Of a DNA stretch of 63,929 bases, positions 21,201-29,888 are shown piece by piece. Position numbers and translations under genes: made by a program. How positions within the stretch are numbered: the first letter of the stretch is position 1; each line of letters begins with the position of its first letter. Source of the stretch: Verrucomicrobiia bacterium (GTDB lineage Bacteria; Verrucomicrobiota; Verrucomicrobiia; Limisphaerales; UBA8199); assembly GCA_036524155.1 (NCBI GenBank), contig DATDCV010000500.1, positions 1 to 63,929 on the forward strand, read 5' to 3'. Below the pieces are notes generated by a model that was given only the letters and a program-made list of their open reading frames with translations, had not been told where the DNA came from and did not search any database.

Positions 21201-22763
21201 AGCCCGGGGCAGTTGTCCTTCTGGTGGAAGATCAATTCCGCCACCAACGCCGGTTTGTGCACCTTCACCGTTACCGCCAAAGACTACACCAACGGCACTC
21301 AGATGTACGGGCCGCGCGACTGGACGAATGAGACATTCTATCTGCCCGCCGGGCCTCACACCTTCGAATGGAGCTACACCGATTCCTCCGGGGAATTGTT
21401 CCTTACCAACGGCGTCTTCCTGGACCAGGTCACCTATATTCCAGGCGCCACCTTGCCCTTCATCATAGCCCAGCCCACCAACCAGAGTGTCCTGGGCGCC
21501 AACCCTGTCACCTTTACCGTCATCGCCAGTGGCACGCCAACCTTGGGATACCAATGGCGCTTCAATTCCGTCCCCATTACCGATGCCACCAATAGCTACT
21601 TCACCATCGCCGGTGTCGGGCCATTTGACGTCGGCCGTTACTCCGTCGAAGTCACGAACAGCTTCGGCTCCATCATCAGCGCCGACGCCGCGCTCGAGGT
21701 TGTGCCGGTCGTCCTTGGTGGCGATAATATCTTCGGCCAGGCGGGCGCCACTCTCTCAGCCACCAACGTCATCGCTATCGCCGCCGGCGCCTACCACACG
21801 CTCGTCGTTCGACGTGATGGCGTCGTCCTGGGCTGGGGAAACAATTCGGCCGGTCAACTCGACGTCCCCCAAAGCCTCACCAATGCCATGGCAGTAGCGG
21901 GAGGCGGCGCTCACAGTCTCGCCTTGCTCGAGAATGGCACGGTCATCGGTTGGGGCGACAATAGCGCCGGCCAGGCAACGCCGCCAGCCGGGCTGGCCAA
22001 CGTCACAGCGATCGCTGCCGGGTCGCGACACAGCGTTGCCCTCAAGACCGATGGCACACTGGCAACCTGGGGCGACAACAGCCTGGGCCAACTTTCGGTG
22101 CCTGCGGGTTTGACCGGCGTCGTCGCCGTCGCCGCCGGGGGCGACCACACGCTTGCCTTGCGGGCCGACGGCACCGTTCTTGCCTGGGGCGGCAACACCG
22201 ACCCGGCCTGGAATTATTCCGGACAATCGGTCGTCCCCTGGGGTTTGACCGGCGTCGCCGATGTCAGCGCCGGCACTTTCCACAGCCTCAGCGTGAAGAC
22301 CGACGGCAGCGTCCTGGGCTGGGGATACAATGGGTTCGGCGAAACCGTCGCACCCGCTGACGCCACGAACATTGTCGCCGTCGCCGCCGGCAACCAGTTT
22401 TCCCTCGCGGTGCGGCGCGACCACACCGCCGTCGGCTGGGGCCTGGACTGGAATAGCCAGTACGATTTCCTGCCCTCGCTCACGAACGTCACCGCCCTGG
22501 CCGCCGGCGACGCCCACACCGTCGTTTTGCTCGGCCGTCCGGACGAAGCGCCCGGATTGGTCCGCGCCGCCTACAACGGCAGCCAATTCCGAACCTGGGT
22601 TCAAACCGTGGTGGGGAAGAACTATGCCTTCGAACGGACGAGTTCGCTCCCGGCCGCTGCCTGGGTTACTATTTCCTGGGTACGCGGGAACGGCGCGATG
22701 CAGCTCTTCGCGGACCCTGCGGCGGGCGGACCGCAGAGCTTTTATCGCGTCCGCCAGTGGTAG
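18285..22763 (+). CDS. Secreted S8 subtilase with Ig-like domains, RCC1 repeats and C-terminal FYRV domain
   Basis: DTG, GHGT, AAGN, GTSFASP triad; YQWRK/YQWRF Ig folds; about 7 RCC1 repeats. Confidence 0.9.
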   Translation: MSTQMFTLQNSKTRSCHPACLRFPGTLVPALAFGLALSTFVASGAYTPAAHKLQVNDPAVGAQLTATGARLIADYGSYALYESATPTTAAAGLAGVEARDEYNLVLLNAARLDTSKPETQALRKTVGAFAGKRTHLVQFAGPVQPAWRNALLDTGVRIVSYIPRNTYLVYGDASSLAALQALAGRMPLIQWDAPFAPDYKVDPAARLVDAAGQPRDIGTSQFAIQLVADPAANPATLRLVDQLKLRPLKRQELVLNYVNLVVALAPEGLPLLALQPDVVSIQPYFDYQRYCERQAQIIAGNLAGNVPIGPGYLAWLQSKGFTQAQFTSSGFVVDITDTGLDNGTTDPNHPGLHMQGNATGTSRVAYNRIEGLGNFARNDCIGHGTLNGHIIGGYDDTLGFPFSDDQGYHPGLGVCPFVRIGASMVFDPDGWFTDPNFANLQSRAYRDGARVSNNSWGSSVPGTYTVDSQQYDALVRDAQPTGSAVPAAGNQGMVIVFAAGNNGDFGARTVGAPASAKNVITVGASENVQFIGDIDGCGTLDAEADSANDIWGSSSRGPCADGRHKPDLVAPGTRVSGGVPQAQDPAPTGTADPCFVLNGMGVCGSIQDLLFYPTNQEFFTIGTGTSFASPAVAGGAALVRQFFINRFGGPPSAAMTKAYLLNSARHLKGQGANDSLWSNAQGMGEMNLGFAFDSARRILRDQLAADTFTASGQTRTFTGTINDSSLPFRVTLAWSDAPGSTTGAAYNNDLDLVVTLGNFSYKGNVFSGSTSTTGGSADSRNNVESVFLPPGYSGPFTITITAADINSDGVPNNAEPLDQDFALVVYNAKPSGPLINGIQPPDQTVVAGQFAAFTVNATSSEVMRYQWRKDGTNIANAITNSYSILSAELTNAGGYSVVVSDINGASTSAVARLTVIPSVPLPFAINNSNFVWLLDTNLPWYGQTNFSHDRVASGRSFFVTGAQRTYLQATNNSPGQLSFWWKINSATNAGLCTFTVTAKDYTNGTQMYGPRDWTNETFYLPAGPHTFEWSYTDSSGELFLTNGVFLDQVTYIPGATLPFIIAQPTNQSVLGANPVTFTVIASGTPTLGYQWRFNSVPITDATNSYFTIAGVGPFDVGRYSVEVTNSFGSIISADAALEVVPVVLGGDNIFGQAGATLSATNVIAIAAGAYHTLVVRRDGVVLGWGNNSAGQLDVPQSLTNAMAVAGGGAHSLALLENGTVIGWGDNSAGQATPPAGLANVTAIAAGSRHSVALKTDGTLATWGDNSLGQLSVPAGLTGVVAVAAGGDHTLALRADGTVLAWGGNTDPAWNYSGQSVVPWGLTGVADVSAGTFHSLSVKTDGSVLGWGYNGFGETVAPADATNIVAVAAGNQFSLAVRRDHTAVGWGLDWNSQYDFLPSLTNVTALAAGDAHTVVLLGRPDEAPGLVRAAYNGSQFRTWVQTVVGKNYAFERTSSLPAAAWVTISWVRGNGAMQLFADPAAGGPQSFYRVRQW

Positions 22764-22773
22764 CAGCTAATCG

Positions 22774-23637
22774 GTGAAGATCATAACGGATGAGCGTTGC
22801 CTCGGCTACTCGGAGCCGGGGCACCCGGAACGGCCTGAGCGTATCAGCTCGACGCTGGAAAAACTGCGGGCCCAATCTGAATTGGCCATCGACTGGCTAA
22901 CCCCTGGGCCCGCGGCCAGCGACGTTGTTTTCCGCGCCCATTCCCCCGAGCACCTCGCTCGCCTCCTTGAACCGCGCGATTTCGACGTCGATACCCCGTT
23001 CTTCCCGGACATCGCGGATTACGCGCGCGCCTCGGTTGGCGCCGCGCTTACGGCGTTGACCGCCGCGCGCAGCGGCGAACCCGTGATGAGCCTCATGCGG
23101 CCCCCCGGTCACCACGCCACCCGGTCTCGCGCGATGGGTTTCTGCTACTTGAACAACGTCGCCATCGCCGCCCTCGAAGCCCTCGCCACCGGCGTGAACC
23201 GGATCGCCGTCTATGATTTCGACGTCCACCACGGCAACGGCACCGAGTCCATTCTCCTTAACCGCACCGGCGCCTCGTTCTTCTCGATCCACCAATCGCC
23301 CTGCTATCCTGGAACCGGCACCCGCAATGTCGGCCCCAATTGCTTCAACTATCCAGTGCCTCCGGATACCCCGCGCACCGAGTACCGCAAAGTCCTCACC
23401 AGCGCCTTCGAACACCTCGAGTCGCTTAGACCGGAAATCGTCGCCGTCTCCGCCGGCTTTGATTGCTACGCCCACGACCCGCTCGCCCAGGAAACGCTCG
23501 AAATCGAAGATTTCTACTGGCTCGGCCGGCGGTTCCGCAACCTCGGCGTGCCGGTCTTTTCGCTCCTCGAAGGCGGCTACAGCCGCGACCTCCCCGATCT
23601 GATCCTCGCCTATCTCAAGGGCCTCGACGGCATATGA
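22774..23637 (+). CDS. Histone deacetylase family Zn-dependent amidohydrolase
   Basis: HPERPER, RPPGHHA, GFCYLNN, DFDVHHGNGT, SAGFD, LEGGY. Confidence 0.93.
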   Translation: MKIITDERCLGYSEPGHPERPERISSTLEKLRAQSELAIDWLTPGPAASDVVFRAHSPEHLARLLEPRDFDVDTPFFPDIADYARASVGAALTALTAARSGEPVMSLMRPPGHHATRSRAMGFCYLNNVAIAALEALATGVNRIAVYDFDVHHGNGTESILLNRTGASFFSIHQSPCYPGTGTRNVGPNCFNYPVPPDTPRTEYRKVLTSAFEHLESLRPEIVAVSAGFDCYAHDPLAQETLEIEDFYWLGRRFRNLGVPVFSLLEGGYSRDLPDLILAYLKGLDGI

Positions 23638-23659
23638 AACCAAACCCCATCGCTCCTCC

Positions 23660-24661
23660 ATGCCGCTGACTTTCACTCCGGGCCAGTTCCGGCGGCGATC
23701 TGAGTTCTACCACCAACTCGGCCAACTCACCGCCGCCGGCATCTCCCTGCCGGCCGCTCTCGAGCAACTCCGCCGCAATCCCCCCGCCAGGTCCTATCAC
23801 CAGCCCATCACCACCATCCTCCGCGAACTGAACGATGGCCTGACTTTCACCGAGTCCATCCAACGCCTGGGCTCCTGGCTGCCTGGCTTCGACCTCGCCC
23901 TCCTGCAAGCCGGCGAACAAAGTGGTCGCCTCGATGCCTGCTTCCGGCTCCTCGCCGAATATTACGCCGACCGCGCGCGAATTGCCGGCCAACTGATCAC
24001 CGACCTGGCCTACCCGGTGTTCATGCTCCATTTCGCCGTCCTGGTGTTCTCCTTCGTCAGCGTGGTCGGGTCCCAAAACTGGACCCTGGGAGCCGTGCAG
24101 ATCGCGGTCGTGCTGGTGCCGATCTACGTACTGGTCTGCCTCGGGATCTACGTCGCTCAGAGCGCCCACGGCGAACCGTGGCGCGCCGTGGTAGAACGCC
24201 TGGTCCATCCCGTACCGATGCTGGGAACCGCCCGCCGCTACCTCGCACTGGGACGCCTCGCCGCTGCGCTCGAAGCGCTGTTGAGCGCCGGTGTGAGCAT
24301 CATCGAAGCGTGGGAACTCGCAGCCACCGCCAGCGGTTCGCCCGCCTTGCGCCGCACTGTGTTCGCCTGGCGGCCGTTGGTTGAGGCCGGTGAAACTCCC
24401 GCGGAAGCCCTGACAGCCTCCGGCCGGTTTCCTGAAGTTTTCGCCAATCAATATGCGACCGGCGAACTCAGCGGCCAGCTCGACGAAACACTCGGCCGCT
24501 TGCACCACTACTACCAGGAGGAGGGCACCCGCAAACTGCGTGCCTTCGCCCAATGGACGCCCCGCCTGCTCTACCTGGTCGTCGTCCTGCTCATCGCCTG
24601 GTTTATCGTTCGTTTCTATGTCAATTACTTCCGCCAGATAGGCGCGGCTGCGGGATTTTGA
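23660..24661 (+). CDS. Type II secretion system F / PilC family inner-membrane protein
   Basis: Two T2SSF repeats (L..AGI.L..AL; AGEQSGRLD; TGELSGQLDE.L), YP and TM helices. Confidence 0.88.
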   Translation: MPLTFTPGQFRRRSEFYHQLGQLTAAGISLPAALEQLRRNPPARSYHQPITTILRELNDGLTFTESIQRLGSWLPGFDLALLQAGEQSGRLDACFRLLAEYYADRARIAGQLITDLAYPVFMLHFAVLVFSFVSVVGSQNWTLGAVQIAVVLVPIYVLVCLGIYVAQSAHGEPWRAVVERLVHPVPMLGTARRYLALGRLAAALEALLSAGVSIIEAWELAATASGSPALRRTVFAWRPLVEAGETPAEALTASGRFPEVFANQYATGELSGQLDETLGRLHHYYQEEGTRKLRAFAQWTPRLLYLVVVLLIAWFIVRFYVNYFRQIGAAAGF

Positions 24662-24720
24662 CCCTTCGCAAGCCGCGAAAACTTCTGGCCCCCATCTGGC
24701 CCCGCGAGTATAAACCGCGC

Positions 24721-25590
24721 ATGTCTCAACACCGAATCGGCATCATCGGCGGCACCGGGCTCTACCAAATCGAGGGCCTTACCAAACAAAAATGGGTCAG
24801 TATCAGCACCCCTTTTGGCGCCCCCTCCGATGCTCTGCTGACCGGCGAGTTGGCCGGCCGCAGCGTCGTGTTCCTGCCGCGCCATGGCCGCGGCCATCGA
24901 ATACTCCCCTCGGAGCTCAACCACCGCGCGAACATTTGGGCGATGAAGAAACTCGGCGTCGCCTGGATCATCAGCGTCAGCGCCGTCGGCTCTCTCCGGG
25001 AGAAGTACAAACCCTGCGACATCGTCTTGCCCGACCAGTTCGTTGACCGTACCAAACAATCCGGCGCCCACACTTTTTTTGGGCGTGGCATCGTCGCCCA
25101 CGTCGCCTTCGCGGACCCGGTTTGCGAGGAGTTGCGGCAGATTGTGTCGTGCGCGGCTCGCAGCCTCAAAATCAGGGTCCACGACCGAGGCACCTACCTG
25201 AATATGGAAGGACCGGCCTTCAGCACCCGCGCGGAGTCCTTCACAAATCGAAAGCTGGGCTATGACATCGTCGGCATGACAAACCTGGGGGAGGCCAAGT
25301 GCGCCCGCGAAGCAGAAATCGCTTACGTCACGATGGCCATGATCACCGATTACGACTGCTGGAAAGCGGATGAAGCGCATGTCACCGTTGACCTGATCAT
25401 CGCCAACCTCACCAGGAACGCCGCTGCGGCCAAAATGATTATCGCCAAAGTCGTGCCCCAAATCCCGCCCGAACCGAATTGGCCGTGTCACCACGCCCTT
25501 CAGAATGCCATCATGACCGACAAAAAACTCTGGCCCGCCAACACCAGGCGCGAACTGGCTCCGATTCTGGCGCGTTACCTGAATTCATGA
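24721..25590 (+). CDS. mtnP: S-methyl-5'-thioadenosine phosphorylase
   Basis: IGIIGGTG, TPFGAPSD, LPRHGRGH, SAVGSL, MEGPAFSTRAES, GMT, TDYDCW. Confidence 0.95.
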   Translation: MSQHRIGIIGGTGLYQIEGLTKQKWVSISTPFGAPSDALLTGELAGRSVVFLPRHGRGHRILPSELNHRANIWAMKKLGVAWIISVSAVGSLREKYKPCDIVLPDQFVDRTKQSGAHTFFGRGIVAHVAFADPVCEELRQIVSCAARSLKIRVHDRGTYLNMEGPAFSTRAESFTNRKLGYDIVGMTNLGEAKCAREAEIAYVTMAMITDYDCWKADEAHVTVDLIIANLTRNAAAAKMIIAKVVPQIPPEPNWPCHHALQNAIMTDKKLWPANTRRELAPILARYLNS

Positions 25591-25654
25591 GCCTCAAAAC
25601 CCGAGGTAACCCGGCCCCTCCCGCTCCCGTCGGAAGAAAAGTTCAGCATCAATT

Positions 25655-25723
25655 GGTCGCGGGTTGAAAGCTGTTCGAGACGTCCGTTGCCAACCCGCAA
25701 CTTGAAACCAGCAACCTGCAACC
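25655..25723. repeat. Heptamer repeat (CAACCTG-like)x5 with an upstream complementary arm, possible terminator hairpin
   Basis: CAACCCG CAACTTG AAACCAG CAACCTG CAACC at 25691-25723; GCGGGTTG upstream pairs with CAACCCGC; between convergent genes. Confidence 0.6.
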
Positions 25724-25781
25724 GGTATTGGGGTCAAAGCGGACTCAGGCCGTAACGGATCCCTTACTCTTGCCTCCCGTA

Positions 25782-25946
25782 TCAGTGGCTCTTTTTCGGC
25801 AGGCATCCTACCTTCGCAAACACAACCGCATAGGTCAGGAAGCCAACTATTAGAAGCCAGGGGTTCCCCCTTACTGTAAGCAGGATACCCCACCCGAGGA
25901 AGAACCCCATTAGCAAATACACCAGCAGCGCCCAGACGAATTTCAC
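25782..25946 (-). CDS. Small two-TM membrane protein, 54 aa (below ORF-track cutoff)
   Basis: GTG start; MKFVWALLVYLLMGFFLGWGILLTVRGNPWLLIVGFLTYAVVFAKVGCLPKKSH; two hydrophobic helices, basic tail. Confidence 0.75.
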   Translation of the reverse strand: MKFVWALLVYLLMGFFLGWGILLTVRGNPWLLIVGFLTYAVVFAKVGCLPKKSH

Positions 25947-25993
25947 GCCGAGACCTTAACCCCGAACGCCAGTTTCGCAAGCGGCCCAAAAAC

Positions 25994-26105
25994 GTATCCG
26001 CTCAGTCTTGGGTCGGAGCGCCGAGTTGCACTCGGCTTACACGCGGTCGTCGGTGCGCTTAAGCCGATTATAAATCGGCGCTCCGACCCAAGACTGAGCC
26101 GATAC
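25994..26105. mobile_element. MITE family A, copy 2
   Basis: 112 bp, GTATC...GATAC, TSD CCAAAAAC on both sides. Confidence 0.92.
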
Positions 26106-26159
26106 CCAAAAACCAGTTGTCACGCCTACGCTCCGGCCGTACGTTGTCTGGTTGGTTAT

Positions 26160-26179
26160 CGCCCCGAAATTTCGGGGCG
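26160..26179. promoter_or_regulatory. Perfect 20-bp palindrome upstream of hypA, possible operator
   Basis: CGCCCCGAAATTTCGGGGCG, 14 nt before the GTG start. Confidence 0.4.
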
Positions 26180-26193
26180 CGTCAGTGGTTCGT

Positions 26194-26535
26194 GTGCACG
26201 AATTGTCAATCATGGAAAACGCGCTCGCCCTGGCGCTGGATTCCGCCCGCCAGGCGGGCGCCCAGCGCGTGTTGGCCATTCGGTTGCGCATCGGCTCGTT
26301 GAGCGGTGTAGTACCCGAGGCGCTACAATTCGCTTTCGAGGCCCTGGCCACCGGCACCGCGGCGGACGGCGCGGAGTTGGCCATCGAACACGTCCCCGCT
26401 CGCTTCTGGTGCGCGACCTGCGCGAGCGAGTTTGGCGCGGACGATTTGTTTTCCGAATGCCCGCGGTGCGGCATACCGAGCACTGAACTGCGTGCCGGCC
26501 GTGAGTTGCAGGTTGCTTCCTTGGAGATTGACTGA
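26194..26535 (+). CDS. hypA: Nickel metallochaperone HypA
   Basis: (M)HELSI Ni-binding N-terminus, IG.LSGVVPEALQFAF, CxxC...CPxC, GREL. Confidence 0.95.
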   Translation: MHELSIMENALALALDSARQAGAQRVLAIRLRIGSLSGVVPEALQFAFEALATGTAADGAELAIEHVPARFWCATCASEFGADDLFSECPRCGIPSTELRAGRELQVASLEID

Positions 26536-27413
26536 TGTGTAAAGAATGCGGATGTGGATTGCCCGGCGAAAACCCGGTGGGAATAAGCGCTCACCATGAG
26601 CATAGCCACAGCGAAGGACAGCAGCACGATCATGTGCATCCCCACGATCATGGGCATCACCATGAGCATGGGCACGAGCAGGAGCACGACCACGTTCATA
26701 CTCACTCCCATACCCACGAACACGAGACCGACGCTACCCGCAGGACCATCGAAGTCCGCCAGGCCATTCTCGCCAAAAACGACCGGCTCGCTGAACGAAA
26801 TCGGGGCTTTTTCCACGCCCGCGGTCTCCTGGTCCTGAACGTCCTCTCCTCCCCCGGCTCCGGCAAAACAACTTTCCTCCAGGAAACTCTAAAATCGCTG
26901 CGTCCCAACCTCAAAGCCGGCGTCATCGTCGGCGACCTGGCCACGGATAACGACGCCCGGCGCTTGCGTGAGTCCGGAGCCCCGGTCGTTCAGATCACCA
27001 CCGGCACAGTTTGCCACCTCGAAGCGGAGATGATCGCCCGCGCCTTGAAACAACTCGACCTCACCGGCCTCCAGCTCCTGATAATCGAAAACGTCGGCAA
27101 CCTCGTCTGCCCGGCTTCTTACGATCTCGGCGAAAACCTGAGAGTGGTCCTTCTCTCCGTCACCGAAGGCGAGGATAAACCTTTGAAATACCCGCCTATG
27201 TTCCAGGCCGCCGACGTGGTGATCATCAGCAAGGCGGATCTCGCCCAGGCTTGCGGCTTCAATCGCGACGCCCTGATGGCGAATCTCCGTCGGGTGGCAC
27301 CCAAGGCCCGCGTATTCGATACCTCCGCCCGGACAGGCCAGGGCCTGGACGCCTGGTGCGATTTCCTGATCCAACAACGCCAGCGGGCGGTCGAGCAAGA
27401 CCCCCTGGGCTAA
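26535..27413 (+). CDS. hypB: Nickel insertion GTPase HypB
   Basis: MCKECGC, His-rich linker, SSPGSGKTT, GDLAT, CHL, ENVGNLVCPA..DLGE, EGEDKPLKYP. Confidence 0.96.
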   Translation: MCKECGCGLPGENPVGISAHHEHSHSEGQQHDHVHPHDHGHHHEHGHEQEHDHVHTHSHTHEHETDATRRTIEVRQAILAKNDRLAERNRGFFHARGLLVLNVLSSPGSGKTTFLQETLKSLRPNLKAGVIVGDLATDNDARRLRESGAPVVQITTGTVCHLEAEMIARALKQLDLTGLQLLIIENVGNLVCPASYDLGENLRVVLLSVTEGEDKPLKYPPMFQAADVVIISKADLAQACGFNRDALMANLRRVAPKARVFDTSARTGQGLDAWCDFLIQQRQRAVEQDPLG

Positions 27414-27523
27414 CGCACCGGCAAGGAGGTCCTGTTGCCAGCCGGCGCGTTAGGCTCCCTCGCCTTGTGAGGAGCACAGAGCTAAGGAGCGAATTCCGCA
27501 AAACGAACTATCACTCTTCGCAC

Positions 27524-27612
27524 CCCTGAACCTAAGACTGCGCGCGCGTGTCTCCCTCTCCTCCTCAGGAGGAGAGGGCTGGGGAGAGGAGGCCCTTGTC
27601 GAACCGTTCATG
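27524..27612. repeat. Family C palindrome (inverted copy) bracketed by CCTGAACC / GTTCATGG motifs
   Basis: CTCCCTCTCCTCCTCAGGAGGAGAGGGCTGGGGAGAGGAGGCC at 27552-27594; between convergent genes. Confidence 0.75.
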
Positions 27613-27705
27613 GACAGGGGGCTTTTTGCGTTGAGTTGAGATTACGCTGTCAGGCTACTACCTCCGCGGCCACACCCATTATTGGCAGCGCTAATCCTTG
27701 GCTGG

Positions 27706-28053
27706 CTACGACCGTGTCTTGCTCCGCTTCTGGGGTGTGGCTTTGGCCGCCTTGGTTTTGGCGCTCGCCGCAGGCGCCTTTTTTTCTTCCGCGGCCGGAG
27801 CCGCCGCCCGCGGCATGACTGGCGGTTTCGGTGCCGTCTTTTCGTGAATCACCTTCCGCATGTGCTCCACGGTCTTGTCCACCTCAACCTTGGCGCGTCC
27901 CAAACCCTCCTGGCCGAGATTGATGGCGTTTGTCAGCAATGCGCAGCTCTTTTGAATGCCTTGCGCATAGCTTCCCTTCTTCAGTTGGATACCCCGCGTT
28001 TTCAGGAATCCGCTGAGGTTCTGGAAAATTTCGTTCTCTTCAAGTGGTTTCAT
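27706..28053 (-). CDS. Hypothetical basic protein with Lys/Ala/Pro-rich (histone H1-like) tail
   Basis: Clean 115-aa ORF with helical N-terminal domain and AKTKAAKATPQKRSKTRS tail. Confidence 0.7.
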   Translation of the reverse strand: MKPLEENEIFQNLSGFLKTRGIQLKKGSYAQGIQKSCALLTNAINLGQEGLGRAKVEVDKTVEHMRKVIHEKTAPKPPVMPRAAAPAAEEKKAPAASAKTKAAKATPQKRSKTRS

Positions 28054-28298
28054 GTTTTTACTGAATTCACCGAGACCTTGCCAAACCAGGTCGCCCGCCG
28101 CAATTACAGATGCGGCGGCGTTTTGTAAGCACCTTGCGAAAAAACGAGCCTGCCCCCGAGCGTCCGCGCCTACAACACCGCCTTTGAAGGCTTCGTCTCA
28201 CGGCTCGGCCAGCTGCTGGCGGGGTACCCCGTGCTCCGTGGATTCACCTCCTTCTGGGTTGTAGGCGGTGCGCCGGTGGTTTTTAATGACCCTCGACA

Positions 28299-29888
28299 AT
28301 GTCTCAGTCCGCGCAGGATACACCGCCCAGGAAAGGCCTCCGTTGGTGGCCGGCCGCCGTCATCCTCGGCCTGGGCGCCGCGGCTTCAACATGGGTGCGT
28401 GCCCATAAAGATTGGTCCTTCCAGCAGCATACCCTCGGGACACTCGCCGTTTTCCTGATCTCCTTTGTTCTGCTTTTTGTTTGGTGGTGCGCCCTCTCCC
28501 GGACGCCCCGCAAACTCCGTCTCGCGGGCGTTGCCCTCGTCGTCGGGTCAGTGATTCTCGCCGCAGCCCTGTTCCGCGTTCGCGGTTTCAGCGGCGACGT
28601 CCTCCCCATCCTGGAACCCCGCTGGGCAACGCGCCCCGCGTTCGAGCTCCCGGCTCAAATCCCAGCGCCTTCGGCGCCGGCGGAAATCCCCCCGGCCCTT
28701 GATTTTCCCCAATTCCTTGGCCCTGATCGAACCGCCGTTCTTTCGGACCACCCCCTTGAACCCGACTGGCTCGCCAACCCGCCCCGCGTTCTTTGGCGGC
28801 AACCCGTCGGCGCCGCCTGGTCCGGCTGGGCGATCGTCGGCCGCCGCGCTTTCACCCAGGAACAGCGCCCCGAAGGGGAATGCGCCACTAGCTACGACCT
28901 CTCCACCGGCAGGCTGCTCTGGACCCATGCCGACCCCGCACGTTATCAGACCGCTCTCGCCGGCGAAGGACCCCGTTGCACTCCCACCGTCGTCAGCAAC
29001 CGGGTCTTCACGCTCGGTGCCACGGGCATTCTCAACTGCCTCGATGCCACAGACGGCAAGCTCTTGTGGACTCACAACCTCGTCGAGGACGCCAATAGCC
29101 GTGTGCCGGAATGGGGCTTTGCCGGCTCGCCGCTCGTTTTTGACGGAAAGGTCGTTGTCTGCGCCGGCGGTTCGCCCGACCGGTCTCTACTCGCTTACGG
29201 GGCCGACACGGGCGGGCTCGAGTGGTCGGCCGGCAACCAGTGGATCAGCTACAGTTCGCCCTTTCTCGCCACGCTCGCCGGCCGCCGCCAGATCCTCGCT
29301 TTCAACTCCCGGGCGATTTCCGCCCACGATGCCATCTCAGGCCAGGTCCTCTGGGAATACCCTTGGGGGATCGGTCAACCGCAGGTGTCGGTCCCCGTCG
29401 TCGTCGGTCCCAACCGCGTTCTGTTCTCCAGTGCCTATGGCGTGGGCAGCATCCTGCTCGAAATCACCGGCCTTGATACTGGCCTGCGCGCCGCCCCGGT
29501 TTGGCAATCCAAAAAAATGAAATCCAAGTTCGCCACTCTCGTCCAGCGCGACGGATTCCTCTACGGCCTGGATGACGGCGTGCTGGCGTGCCTCGACCTG
29601 AAGGATGGCTCGCAGCGTTGGAAGGAAGGCCGCTATGGGCATGGCCAGGGCCTCCTCGTAAACGACCTCTTGCTCCTAATGGACGAGGGCGGCGAATTGG
29701 TGCTGCTCCAACCAGCGCCCGACGCGCCTCATGAACTCCACCGCTTCCGGGTGTTTCACGGAAAGACCTGGAACCCGATCGCCCTTTCCGGCGCTCTGCT
29801 CCTGGCCCGGACCGACCAGGAAGCCGCCTGCCTGCAACTGCCTCTCGCAAATACAGCCCGCTCGATCAACGCACCTCAATCACAATGA
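28299..29888 (+). CDS. Membrane-anchored PQQ-like beta-propeller (BamB-like) protein
   Basis: Three N-terminal TMs; FPQFLGPDR, GPRCTP, LNCLDA.DGKLLW, YSSP, GKTWNP. Confidence 0.88.
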   Translation: MSQSAQDTPPRKGLRWWPAAVILGLGAAASTWVRAHKDWSFQQHTLGTLAVFLISFVLLFVWWCALSRTPRKLRLAGVALVVGSVILAAALFRVRGFSGDVLPILEPRWATRPAFELPAQIPAPSAPAEIPPALDFPQFLGPDRTAVLSDHPLEPDWLANPPRVLWRQPVGAAWSGWAIVGRRAFTQEQRPEGECATSYDLSTGRLLWTHADPARYQTALAGEGPRCTPTVVSNRVFTLGATGILNCLDATDGKLLWTHNLVEDANSRVPEWGFAGSPLVFDGKVVVCAGGSPDRSLLAYGADTGGLEWSAGNQWISYSSPFLATLAGRRQILAFNSRAISAHDAISGQVLWEYPWGIGQPQVSVPVVVGPNRVLFSSAYGVGSILLEITGLDTGLRAAPVWQSKKMKSKFATLVQRDGFLYGLDDGVLACLDLKDGSQRWKEGRYGHGQGLLVNDLLLLMDEGGELVLLQPAPDAPHELHRFRVFHGKTWNPIALSGALLLARTDQEAACLQLPLANTARSINAPQSQ

